Positions 25,595-36,950 of a DNA stretch of 64,000 nucleotides are shown here, one piece after another. The stretch lies in assembly GCF_006345805.1 (NCBI RefSeq), contig NC_043005.1, forward strand, positions 64,046,001 to 64,110,000, read 5' to 3'. The DNA is from Octopus sinensis. Its lineage: Eukaryota. How positions within the stretch are numbered: position 1 is the stretch's first letter; the number at the start of each line of letters is the position of its first letter. Below the pieces are notes generated by a model. The model was not told the origin of the DNA and did no database searches. It saw only the letters and a list, made by a program, of their open reading frames with translations. Position numbers and translations under genes: made by a program.

Positions 25595-25759
25595 TGTTTA
25601 TAATGATTCCTAAATAGTTTGTGCGTCTTCTAAATAACTTTCTTCACATGTAATTTGTGAAGAAAGAGTTTATCTATTAAGTTTTTGCGATATTAGATTG
25701 GATTGCAATTAAAATAAAACATTTCCAGTTATAGTATACCATTATAAAATTGATCTAGG

Positions 25760-26690
25760 ATCATATGCAAGAACAAAATTGCTCGAATATCGCGCTTTGA
25801 CAGTTGCATTTCAGGTGATTGCAACAACGGTGGAAAAATATCAATTTTAATTTATTGATGCATTTGGGCTAGTTTATGTCTGTATTTCAGACAATTGCAA
25901 AAAAGGTTTTAAAAAATTCCAAACTCTGCAACACTCAGGTACAAATTCTTCATGGTTCAAAGCTTTGCGCACTTTTTACTCACCCTTATATAAAATACTT
26001 TTATGAACTAGGAAAAGTGTCTAAACTTCATCAGTGGGTCCCACGCCACCAGCCTGCCTATCTAGTTGTCATTGAAGAGTCGACTTGCTACAGAACTTTT
26101 CCTAAGTATAATCATCACACATGATGAGAACTGGCTTCCCTATGATTATATCCAAGAAAAACGACAATAGTTGGCACTCAGTAAAATAGCAGTATCTATC
26201 CCCAAAGCAAGGTCACACTCGTAAAAATGCTGTGTTCTGAATTTGGTGAGATATGAAGTCCCCTATCGTGAAGTGTTAAATCATAACGAAACAATTAATG
26301 AAGAGAAATTATTTGTCGTCAGTTGGAAGCATTGTAAAACGATTTGTAGAAAAAAAACTGCCCATTATTGGTCAATCGTAAAGGGGCGTTGCTCTTACAC
26401 GATAAGGCAAAACCCCGCATTACGCAAGTTCCACAAGAAATAATTAATGCACTGAATATGGAAATTTTGCCTCATCTGCATTCTGTCTGCATTTTCAAAT
26501 CATTGCTATATTATTTAAAGAGAAAACAGTTTATTAATTGTGAAGAGTTTAAAAATGATATTAGTATTTATTTTTTTATTTTTTTGCTTCGAAACCAGAA
26601 GACTTTTATACCCAACTGAACAACAATTTGCCAAATACACGAGATTGTGTTAATCATAATAAGAGGATACATTCCCTTGATTAAATATAC
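25760..26690 (+). mobile_element. Highly decayed mariner transposase fossil
   Basis: ELGKVSKLHQWVPRH (WVPHEL-like), IITHDENW, LLLHDKAKPRI (HDNARPH-like) and LNMEILPH in ORFs 25876, 26243 and 26368. Boundaries approximate. Confidence 0.8.
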
Positions 26691-27076
26691 CAATTAAGAT
26701 CAAAGAAGTATTTGTTTCCTCCACTCCCATCTTCAAATCCAACAGGGTTGATTTATGCGTACGTATTTGTCGTTAATGGCACCAAAAGATTTACAAATTA
26801 ATCATGTAGATATGCGAATAAACATTATAATTTAGTAGGAAACAAGAAAAAGACTATTATAGTTAAGATATCCGGTGACTTCATATATCATCATCGCAGC
26901 TAAGACAATGCAGAGTCAAGGCAATCGTTTAGTTATTACTGAGGTTCAGCGAACAGTAAGTACAGTAGAGTGCATATTGTGTATATATACATGCATTGTG
27001 TTGCTTTTAACAAATGTATATGACATAACATAAATTTAAGTCTAATTATAAAATTATAGTGTCATCAGGAGAAGAA

Positions 27077-27190
27077 TATACATATGTATGTGTATGTGTG
27101 CGTATATATATGTGTGTATATATATATGTATGTATATATATATATATATATGCATATGTATGTATATATATATATATATATGTATATGTA

Positions 27191-27239
<49 letters not shown>

Positions 27240-27386
27240 GTATATGTATATATGTATATATATATATGTATATATATGTATATGTATATATATATATATG
27301 TATATATATATATGTATATAAATGTATATATATATGTATATGTATATATATGTGTGTGTATATATATGTATAAATATGCATATATG

Positions 27387-27444
<58 letters not shown>

Positions 27445-27517
27445 GCATACACACACAAACATACATACCTACATATATATATATACATACATTTATATAA
27501 TATATATATATATATAC
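27077..27517. repeat. Long compound (TA)n/(TATG)n microsatellite
   Basis: Direct reading; similar tracts at 14937-15090, 18510-18670, 46570-46974, 52930-52990 and 53210-53305. Confidence 0.98.
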
Positions 27518-29319
27518 AGGCGTGTGTGCCTGTCAGATCCATCCTCTCGTAAGAGGGTTTTTTTCTTTTAACTCATTACTGCAGAAAGTAGAAATAAATT
27601 GAATATAATCGCTTGAGCAATAATATGAAAAATTATTCAATTCCATTATCTTACAGATTATTGCTATTTTTGCTATTGATAAATAGATGTAATTTTCGTA
27701 AATTTGACAAAATTGTTCAGAACATAATGAGACATTTCTGTATTATATTCAAACGATAAATACATTAATCTTTAAATATTAATGAATTCAAGGAGGAGAT
27801 TTTGAAACAAATTTTTGGGAATTTTTTTTTTGTCTGTTTTTACATCTTTTAATGGGAAACATAATTTTAATTGGAATACAAGGCAAACACAAAGTTTGCA
27901 ATCATTTGGATTATGGATAAAATTAATGTTAATCATAAACATACAAGGGCGAAGATGGAGAATCTGTAAGCGACTATTAAATTATAAATGATAAATCTAT
28001 GAGGTAATTAATAAAACCAAAATTGCAAAATAATTTTAATTTGATTTTCAGATAATGCCCAACGAATATGATGGAGTAGTTAAAATGGTAGTAATTGAAT
28101 TTGTCGCTGTAGGTTCTGAGTTCTCATTTCTGTATTGAACTTTTTCCCATGGCCTGTGTCATATTCGGTTTGAAAGCGTAAGAACAGATGTTTTGTTTTT
28201 TTTTTTGTTTTTATGTTATGTTTCTGTTTGATAATCACGTTCTGCTATTCCAGTTTGTATATCTCTCCGTTCGAGTACCTAAGTACCTTTAGTTTTTGTA
28301 TCTCCTTCGGTTTGAAAAAGGAAGTATAGTTACTTCGGTTTTTATAACTTGCTGTTTGAAAGATGCTTTTTTTCTGTACTTGAATCGAATCATGTTAGTT
28401 AGCTCTGCCTCTTCCAACAAACATGCAGCTTTGGTGTAGTTTGGTGTATCGTAAATAATATCAGTAACATCACAGAATTTATTAAAGCAGTTATGAAATG
28501 GGTTGAAGTTGTTGTTTAGTGCCAGATAGGGCCTGAATGTGCAGATAAACCTTTAAAAACGGCCTTATGTAAAAAGAAATCCAAAGTTGTCAATTGGAAT
28601 TGAAGATCACATACTATCATATGCCATGTTTTTACAAATTGTTTCAGAGTCTATTTAGGCACAACCTCTCAATTTTCCCATACGTGACCCATCTAAATAT
28701 CCAGAATCTGGATAGTAGAGACAAAGAGGACTCACTCTGCCATCATTCAGCTCGTAGTCAAGAAGAATAGAGTGGGGAAACTTGAAATGAAATGCCTTAT
28801 TCAATAATGCAACACCCTCACCACTCCATGGATGTGGAACCCATATGGTAATGATAGTGTGTTCAACACTCTACAAGGCCACGCTGCTTTTCATTGCGTT
28901 TATAAAACTACATTATATAATGGTAGAATTAGATTTCAGGTAGATTTAATTGTATACATACTAAATTCGCTTTTGTGTTGAATACATTAAACTGCTGAAT
29001 TCTATATAAACATTTTTTTATCAAACTCAAGAAGCCTGCTTTCAAAAGATTCTAGCTGAGACCACCCGGCCCATGGTCCATTATATTGCGATAAGAGCAA
29101 ATTTTCTATGGTAGTTACTATTAAATTAAACAACCACATGGAAAGTAACTCATTTATTAGAAGCATTCGTCCCCTGAACTGCACGTCACTGCACTGTTCC
29201 AAAGGACCCAGTGTGAGGAACATGTACGGTAATAGCTTGGGAAGTGTTATCAAGTACATTTTGTCTTGGTACAAAAGATGGGCTACGGGAAATATTCTGC
29301 TCAATGCCACAGTTGTTTT

Positions 29320-29720
29320 GTCTTAACCAGTTGAGCCTTTTCCTTAGTGGCCGACGATATGTGCATCTCTGACCACGAGCAGTAGTGAGGGAGCATCATA
29401 GCTATGCGTTGAGAGGAATTCTTTGGGATTTGGATAATTCACCATTGAAAACATGGGTGTTTTGTTCAACATCCTTAAGCACCCCTTCTTCAGGGACCTT
29501 TTGAGTGAGATGAGCTACTCGACCTGAAGAAAATTCTAACTGGGTGCCACCTGCAAGGTCATGCACTGTTTATCTTGATATGAGATCACCATGTCGCGCA
29601 CATATGGTTGTGATGCATGTGCCTGGTGCACCCTTATCGGACGGGTAGTCATGATAGGTATACCGGGCTTCGTATATTTTACCCCAATCTCACTTTGATG
29701 GCATGCGCTGCTCTCTCACT
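29320..29720 (-). repeat. Probable high-copy retroposon-derived repeat
   Basis: GC-richer block abutting an (AAG)n tract; resembles a common octopus dispersed repeat from memory. Single copy here, so not verifiable within the window. Confidence 0.4.
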
Positions 29721-29840
29721 CAAGAAGAAGAAGAAGAAGAAGAAGAAGAAGAAGAGAAGAAGAAGAAGAAGAAGAAGAAGAACATCAGCAAAAAATACCT
29801 TATGAATGAGAACCCAGGGTTGGAATCAAAATTTTACCAG

Positions 29841-29886
29841 GACATCTGATGAAAGCTGGAGAGTAAATCAACCGAAATGTTGTGGT
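29841..29886 (+). ncRNA. Minimal hammerhead motif, same family as 38871 (repeat about 29785-29945), decayed
   Basis: GACAU-CUGAUGA-A-AGCUGG...UCAACC-GAAAU-GUU-GUGGU; flanks are homologous to 38815-38930. Confidence 0.65.
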
Positions 29887-31199
29887 AACAAACAAGATTA
29901 GGACACATATCCGTCCAATGAAAATAATGGAAATAATGTACATTCTTGTTAGTTTATGATCCGTTTATTAGATATATTAGCACTCTATCAACACTTCTCT
30001 AAGATATTTTTCATAGTGGATTTTAAGTCTGACATAAATACGGAGTATAATACACATACTTGACAGTTTGATAGTTATTCAAAATGTTATTCAGCGGTAG
30101 TAGTTTTATTGTTCCAATCTCAGTGCTACGTTTACTGAGACGATGATGTGCTTGCGTAAAATAAACTAGAACTTTCTGGCTCTATTTTCTCTTTTATTTG
30201 TCATTGTCTTTATTGGAACTTTTGTTACAGCATAAAATATCCCTGACAACACAGAGACCCAAAACAAATTCGAAATGTGTTTCACATAAGAGAGCAGTGA
30301 CTAACAATACTAACTTTATGCAGTCAGTCAACCTGCTTAAAATTTCAACCAAATATCTTTCAAATGACACTACTGTCTTGACGAGCGAAACACCCGTTGA
30401 ACAAGGAATTCCTCAATGCACTACACCTGAAATTTAGGCGAAGTGGTCATGTTTGAAATGGCTGTGGTCATATGTATTCTCGATCAAAGCTCGTTGGAAA
30501 CTAATCAACAGCAATAAGAAAATTTTAGATCAACAATTTGAAAAGGTTTCCCGATTGTTACTGAATAAAATTTGCGTATCACAGTGTTCTAAAGTTTAGA
30601 AGTGGTACAAGTTAATTATGACACCAACAAAGTTCATAAGTTTTAATTTCAGTTTTCCTTTATTAATTAAATGATGTTTTGACCGAATGAATACTATTGA
30701 GAGATATCAGGAGACAAGTCATTGATTCGAAGCATTAAACATTGTTGGAAAACTGACCCTAGAGGCCTAACAACACTTAAACATAATAAATCAAATAATG
30801 TAAATTTTAAAAGTAGGTTTTATACAAAGACATTTTCTGTAAAATTATCTAGACATCAATAACTTTTATATCGATTTAATTTTTGAAGTTCTCTTTAAAT
30901 CTTATATCTGTTTATCTCTAGATTATTTTATATTTTTCTAATTCTCATGTTATGAATACAAATTACACAAAAATTATTTAGAATTAATATTCGTGTATAT
31001 TTTGTGTCGCACTCTTAAAATTATACATTTGAAATGTTCTACTTTCCATTTGAAGCTTTGTTTTTCTTTAATGTAATTTTTAAAAAACCGTCATATTTAA
31101 ATATAGTAACATTGAGAGTTGTACATGGCAGAATACTTGTAGCACTAGAATAAAAAAGATGCGTCGCCATTCTGTATCTTCTCACATAAGAAAATACTG

Positions 31200-31369
31200 G
31201 AGTATGAGTTAATAATGATCTTATTCAACATATCCCCCTCTCAGATTCACACACTTATTGCAGCGGCCTTTCAGTCGTTCTGAACCCTGTAAAAGAACTC
31301 GGTAAGTTGGGCCTCCAACCAGACCTTTTGCGATACCCTTCAAGCCAGGACCTTTTCAGCACCCGCCTT
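31200..31369 (-). mobile_element. Internally deleted mariner fragment
   Basis: Minus strand reads TA-CAAGGCGGGTGCTGAAAAGGTCCTGGC (mariner-type TIR), joined to a transposase C-terminus RCNKCVNLRGGYVE*. Confidence 0.65.
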
Positions 31370-32681
31370 GTACACATTCAAATTACTTACCCCTCAACAT
31401 TTTTGTCCGCCCAGCTCAAAGTTCTATTAAAAGAGATATACGATTCATAATTCCAGTTGGTGGAAGAGTTGTTTGTTGTAATTTGATCAAAAGCCGACCC
31501 TGACTCTGTAGCTTTATATGATCATAAACACTCTAGACTTGAACAACCAATTTTTTGTGTCTAACGGTAATTGTACGCTAAACTTCATTATGAATTGTGC
31601 GTCTTTTATGGCTGCTCTCTGAGATTAATAGAGATTTATCTGTTGTTTAAAGCAGTTCGACCGATCTCATTGGAAGTGCTATAAAAGTAGCGTTTGGTTA
31701 GCCTCTAGTTCCAATTTCAATCCTATTGCAATTGAAAAGTGGCGGATGAAAGGAGAGTTCAGCATGCTTTTTATTATTGGATTGAGTGAAGAGTCTGATC
31801 CTATACGTGGACTCAATTGTTGTAACTGGTGGTTTACCTCCAATACCTACAAGAATGACCACTTAGATAATGAGGAAGCTTCTATGTCGTGCTCGATCGG
31901 CTAGAAACAGCCGCCAAATGTCCCTACAAATCACGCGCTACCGTCTTTAAGGATGACGGTGGATGAGTTTTCCGCACATTCTGTCTAAGAAAAAGATTAC
32001 ATGGCCGCTGAGTAAATACTTTTGATTAATATGTCTACTGGGCTCAAGGTTACCATGAGGTTTTAAAAAAAGCAACAGCCATATGTCACACAAATTTTTT
32101 CTTGAGTGTTGGAAATGTCACAAATAGTAGAGAGAACGATGGATGGATTCTATCAAAGTAACTCCTTGTTTACACATTCAATCTGACTATCTTCTGTCAT
32201 TCTTTACCTTTTATCATTTCAGTGGGGGAAAATCTATATAATTTGGCCTTCTAGTAGGTTGGATTTTGTCATATATTTGAGTATACTTGTCAGACATCTG
32301 AGTTACTGCAGCTACTGCCCAAATTACCAGCACACCAACAAGCTTTATCCTCCACACATTCACTGTTTCTGCGACTGCAAGTAAACCTGCTCCTACTCTT
32401 CCAAACTTTATAGCTATATACCATGGTTAAATTAGTGTTTGAACATTTCGTATAATGTAAGGCAAAAACAGGACCAGCTCAGTGATTTTTATTATTTTAA
32501 CTATTTCGATAAGTACACGAGACAACTGAGACGTTTTGCTATAATTAGACACTGCTTTTTCTCAATAAGCATTTTCTATTGTCTTTCACTATACAAATTC
32601 TACACTAATCACTTAACCGAATCACTTTTGTAAGGATCTGTAACCTGATAGAAGACGTGAACTTTTTTTCTGTCCACGTTC

Positions 32682-33220
32682 TCATAGCAGTCGTCAATCT
32701 GGGGTATTTGAGCCTTCTCATGATGAAGGACCAACAAAGGGTAAGGTCAGTATCCTTTTGTCACTGTATAAAAAATGAACAAGAAAAATGTTTCATTAGC
32801 TACAAAAAATATTTAGTTGTGAATATTTGCCAGAACACAAGAAAGTTCTCTACTATAAAGAAACAGCTCACAACAATAATTGCGGCGCCATTCCTCAGTT
32901 TACATATGGTCTAGTGGTTGGAATGCTGAGTCGTAGCTTCGATTCCTGCACCGAGCAGTGTATTGTGTCCTTGAGTAATGGGCTTCTTTTTATGTTATTT
33001 ATGTGTACCAATCCAATGCTAGTGCAACTCTCTACTCTTCTGCTGTCCTATCATAGCAGTCGCCAACCTGGGGTATTTGAGCCTTCTCATCATGAAGGAC
33101 CAACAAAGGAAAAGGTCAGTATCCGTCTTCCATTGTATAAAAACTGAACAAGAAAAGTGTTTCATTGGCCACAACAAATATTTAGTTGTGAATATTTGCC
33201 AGAACGCGAGAAAGTTCACT
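32682..33220. repeat. Two diverged direct repeats of about 170 bp (offset 369) around a SINE head fragment
   Basis: TCATAGCAGTCG... at 32682 and 33051, colinear to GAAAGTTC.CT. Confidence 0.9.
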
Positions 33221-33633
33221 GCCTCAGACAGTGTTTATGGTTGGTCACTACTACATACGCATCTAAACTAATTAGCGAAAGACTGTTATATGTTACCAAG
33301 TCATACTTGCTAGTAAGTGACTGTTTACATTATTGATGTGCAACGTTCTTAGTGATGCAGCATCAAGTGGGTACGGTCGATGTATCCAACTGTCTTGTTT
33401 GAAGTATTGGCTCAATATACCATGAAGGTAGGCTACTTCCCTCAAGCGAATTTACTTTAAATACGCTGTATTGATATGGTTTGAGGAAGTATACTATAGC
33501 TGAAGTTGACTTCGTATTAGAAGGATATATTATAAATGTAAGAAGATATGTATATATGTACGTGTACATAAACACATACACGCACAAACGCACACAAAAC
33601 ACATACAAAAACACACACACATACATACATACA

Positions 33634-33714
<81 letters not shown>

Positions 33715-33929
33715 TGAAGAGATGCAGCGTAGTTTCAAGAGATTTAGCAATAAATATCATACATAGACAGACTGAAGACAGAGCTCCAATACGTTGCTTC
33801 TAAGATATGTTTATGGTAACACAATTGTGTGTGTGTCTGTGTGTGTGTGTGTCCGTGTACCTGTATATACACAAATATATATACATGTGTATATATGCAT
33901 AAAACCATACGCATATATGTATATGTGCA

Positions 33930-34555
33930 GATTTGTATTTTTGTTTTATGTATGTTTTCTCATGCATATAGTTGGTGGATGCTCATGGCCTAGTGGTTAG
34001 AGCAGCGGACACGCGGTCAACGGATCGCGGGTTCGAATCTCAGACCGGGTGATGTGTGTGTTTATGAGCGAAAGGTAATGGCGAACTTCTGCTGATTCTT
34101 TCGCCACAACTTTCTTTCCTCTTGCACCTTGCAGCTCACTTGCGATGGACCGGCGTCCCGTCTAGGTGGGGAACCTATACGCCAAGGAAACCGGGAAACC
34201 GGCCCTTATGAGCCAGGCATGGCTCGGCAAGGAACAAACATGCATATAGTTGCGTATCTAATCATGTTCATATATATGTAAATGATAAACTTCTGAAAAT
34301 TTTATTGGTTTTTACTGTTCTAGTGATGGATTGGATCTGTAGTCTTCGAATAAGCTTTCACCTCTCTGGTTTTAAGAAGCCTAATTTCTGAAGATTGGTA
34401 TTTAGACAGTGCGTTACATATCCCAGGGCACTAATAATTACACGTATACACCTGAACTTGTAATTTGAATAGAGTAACTGCAGATTTCTCGATAGTTCAG
34501 CATAGGTGTTCTCTTTTTCACTGATCTTCAGCTTTATCTTAATATCCGCTGGGCA
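33930..34555 (-). mobile_element. Second 5'-truncated copy of the same RLE LINE, interrupted by a SINE
   Basis: CPADIKIKLKISEKENTYAELSRNLQLLYSNYKFRCIRVIISALGYVTHCLNTNLQKLGF; colinear with 44690-44972 apart from the SINE at 33975-34238. Confidence 0.8.
33975..34238 (+). mobile_element. SINE family B variant with 14-bp TSD
   Basis: TGGCCTAGTGGTTAGAGCAGCGG...GGTTCGAATCTC head; TSD CATGCATATAGTTG at 33961-33974 and 34239-34252. Confidence 0.92.
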
Positions 34556-34639
34556 TCTAGTATATGTGTGTGTGTATGTATGTATGTATGTATGTATGTA
34601 TGTATGTATGTATGTATGCATGTATGAATGTATCTATAT

Positions 34640-34730
34640 ATGTCATTGTTCGGTTTTATTTCAAGATTTCTTGCCAATAGAGGAGCCGGTTTCTAACCCA
34701 CATCTAAGACTCCATCATTGGAATTTCAAC
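34640..34730 (-). mobile_element. Isolated 3' terminus of the RLE LINE within (TATG)n
   Basis: TTGTTCGGTTTTATTTCAAGATTTCTTGCCAATAGAGGAGCCGGTT...CTCCATCATTGGAATTTCAAC is nearly identical to 44426-44510. Confidence 0.8.
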
Positions 34731-34783
34731 TATGTATGTATGTAATATATGTATGTATATATGTAATATATGTATGTGTGTAA

Positions 34784-35205
34784 TATTCTTTTTATTCTTT
34801 TTATATTCTTTTACTTGTTTCAGTCATTTGACTACGGCCATACTGGAGCACCGCCTTTAATCGAGCAACTCGACCCCAGGACTTATTCTTTTGTAAGCCC
34901 AGTACTTATTCTATCGGTCTATTTTGCCGAACCGCTAAGTGACGGGTACATAAACACACCAGCATCGGTTGTCAAGCAATGCTAGGGAGACAAACACAGA
35001 CACACAAACACACACACGCACGCATATACATATACATATATACGACGGGCTTCTTTCAGTTTCCGTCTACCAAATCCACTCACAAGGCTTTGGTCGGCCC
35101 GAGACTATAGTAGAAGACACTTGCCGAAGGTGCCACGCAGTGGGACTGAACCCGGAACCATGTGGTTGGTAAACAAGCTACTTACCACACAGCTACTCCT
35201 GCGCC
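34784..35205 (-). mobile_element. SINE family A, full length
   Basis: Reverse complement of the family A head (...CTTACCACACAGCTACTCCTGCGCC) and tail (CTTTTACTTGTTTCAGTCA). Confidence 0.92.
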
Positions 35206-35230
35206 TATATATGTATGTAATATATGTATG

Positions 35231-35289
<59 letters not shown>

Positions 35290-35689
35290 GATTTGAACCA
35301 GACACTTTCTAGTTGGAAGTGAACTTCTTAATTGCTATTTCTTTATAACATGTCAATCGTCATCACAGAGCCTTTCATTGGCTCTCCAAGCTGCTGGTAG
35401 GTAGCAGAATTACAAATCGAAACAGATTACTATGTTTTATAGAACATTAATGTTCGTCCAGACCAATGAGGCGGACTTCTGCTGGGTCGCTCTACTGCTA
35501 GAAGCAATAGCAAAAATCTACCCTCAAATCCTAGAAATTTTAACTTGAACTCCTTTAAGTCTCACTGTACCAGAAAATGACATGTTAGAAAATGTGATTG
35601 GATGATCATGGTTAGGATTGTTTTCGACATAATCCTACGCGTTCATGGCTAACACCAACACGAAATAAGGTCTAGTTGAGTAAACGAAG

Positions 35690-35862
35690 AAGACTAACCC
35701 TCCTTGAAATCACATCCTACCACCTTAGAAACGAACACGATATATAATGTCGTCCTGAGTCCTGTTCACTTAAGAAGAAAACGGGATGGTCTTGGATGGA
35801 ACGAACTTTGTCGTAAATAGGTCTGCTCAATCATAGATGTCTTGGGGCTAAACAATTACAAC
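35690..35862 (+). repeat. Old dispersed repeat family D (representative copy)
   Basis: Motif string GCTAGAAA.AGC...AAATC.CA.CCTACC...GGATGGTC.TGG...GGTCTGCTC.ATCA...TGGGGCTAAACAA. Recurs near 31885-32070, 35490-35660, 38068-38238, 58810-58980 and 63085-63240, and inverted near 61280-61460 and 62270-62430. Confidence 0.65.
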
Positions 35863-36049
35863 TTCTGTCGGTGTTTTTATTATCTATTCACCAGTTGCAA
35901 AACTTGGTACCTATCACCTGGCAGTCAGTAGAAATCATATCGTTTAAAGTCGGATAGAAGAATCTAGTAAAATTATCTAAACCAGTACGCATGAGACAGC
36001 TCTCTAATTTTAGCAGCATATACAGAAAAAAAGTTTATTTTATTGAATT

Positions 36050-36467
36050 AGGAGCGGCTGTGTGGTAAATAACTTGCTTAAGAACCACATGATTCTGGGT
36101 TCAGTCCCACTGCGTGGCACATTGGGCAAGTGTCTTCTACTATAGCCTCGGGCTAACCAAAGCCTTGTGAGTGGATTTCGTAGACGGAAACTGAAAGAAG
36201 CCCGTCGTGTTTATGTATATATATATATATGTGCGTGTGTGTATGTGTGTGTGTGTGTGTGCTTGTCTGTCTGTGTTTGTCCCCTACCCAACATCGCTTG
36301 ACAACCGATCCTGTTGTATTTACGTCCCCGTAACTTAGCAGTTCGGCAAAAGAGACCGATAGAATAAGTATTAGGCTTACAACGAATAAGTCCTGGGGGC
36401 GATTTGCTCGATTAAACGCGGTGCTCCAGCATGGCCACAGTCACATGACTGAAACAAGTAAAAGAGT
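36050..36467 (+). mobile_element. SINE family A, near full length
   Basis: Head, internal TA/TG tract and tail match 16881-17300. Confidence 0.92.
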
Positions 36468-36562
36468 ATGCTAAAGGATGTTTCCATCAACTTGTGAATC
36501 CCTTTTCCCGAATTAGTTTCTGTCTATATTTGCTTCTATATGTGCATATATACGTATGCATA

Positions 36563-36950
36563 CGTGGCTGTGCGGTAAGAAATCTGTTTCCCAGCCACTT
36601 GGTTCCGGGTTCAGTCCCACTGCGTGGCACCTTGGAGATGGGTCTTCTACTATAGCTACGAGCCAACAAAAGCCTTGTGAGTGAATTTGGTAGACGCAAA
36701 CCGAAACAAGCCCATCTTACATTTAAATGGGTGTATGTGTGCCTCTGTGTCTGTGTTTGTCCCCCACCACTGCTTGATCACTGATGTTGACCGATGCCTG
36801 TATATTTATATCCTTTAAGATAGCGGCTCGGCAAAGCCTAGAGTTAGCACCAGGCTTTAAAAAAAGGTACTGGGATCAATTTGATCAGCTAAAATTTTTC
36901 AAAGTGATGCAGCATCGTGGCTGCAGTCTAATGACTGAAGCAAGTAAAAT
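36563..36950 (+). mobile_element. SINE family A, older copy
   Basis: GGTTCCGGGTTCAGTCCCACTGCGTGGCAC ... ATGACTGAAGCAAGTAAAAT. Confidence 0.85.

Noticed and set aside
27046-27552. Many long overlapping ORFs (YIYI/CVCV/HTHT type), here and throughout the window
   Set aside because: Stop-free translations of TA/TG/GATA microsatellites, not genes.
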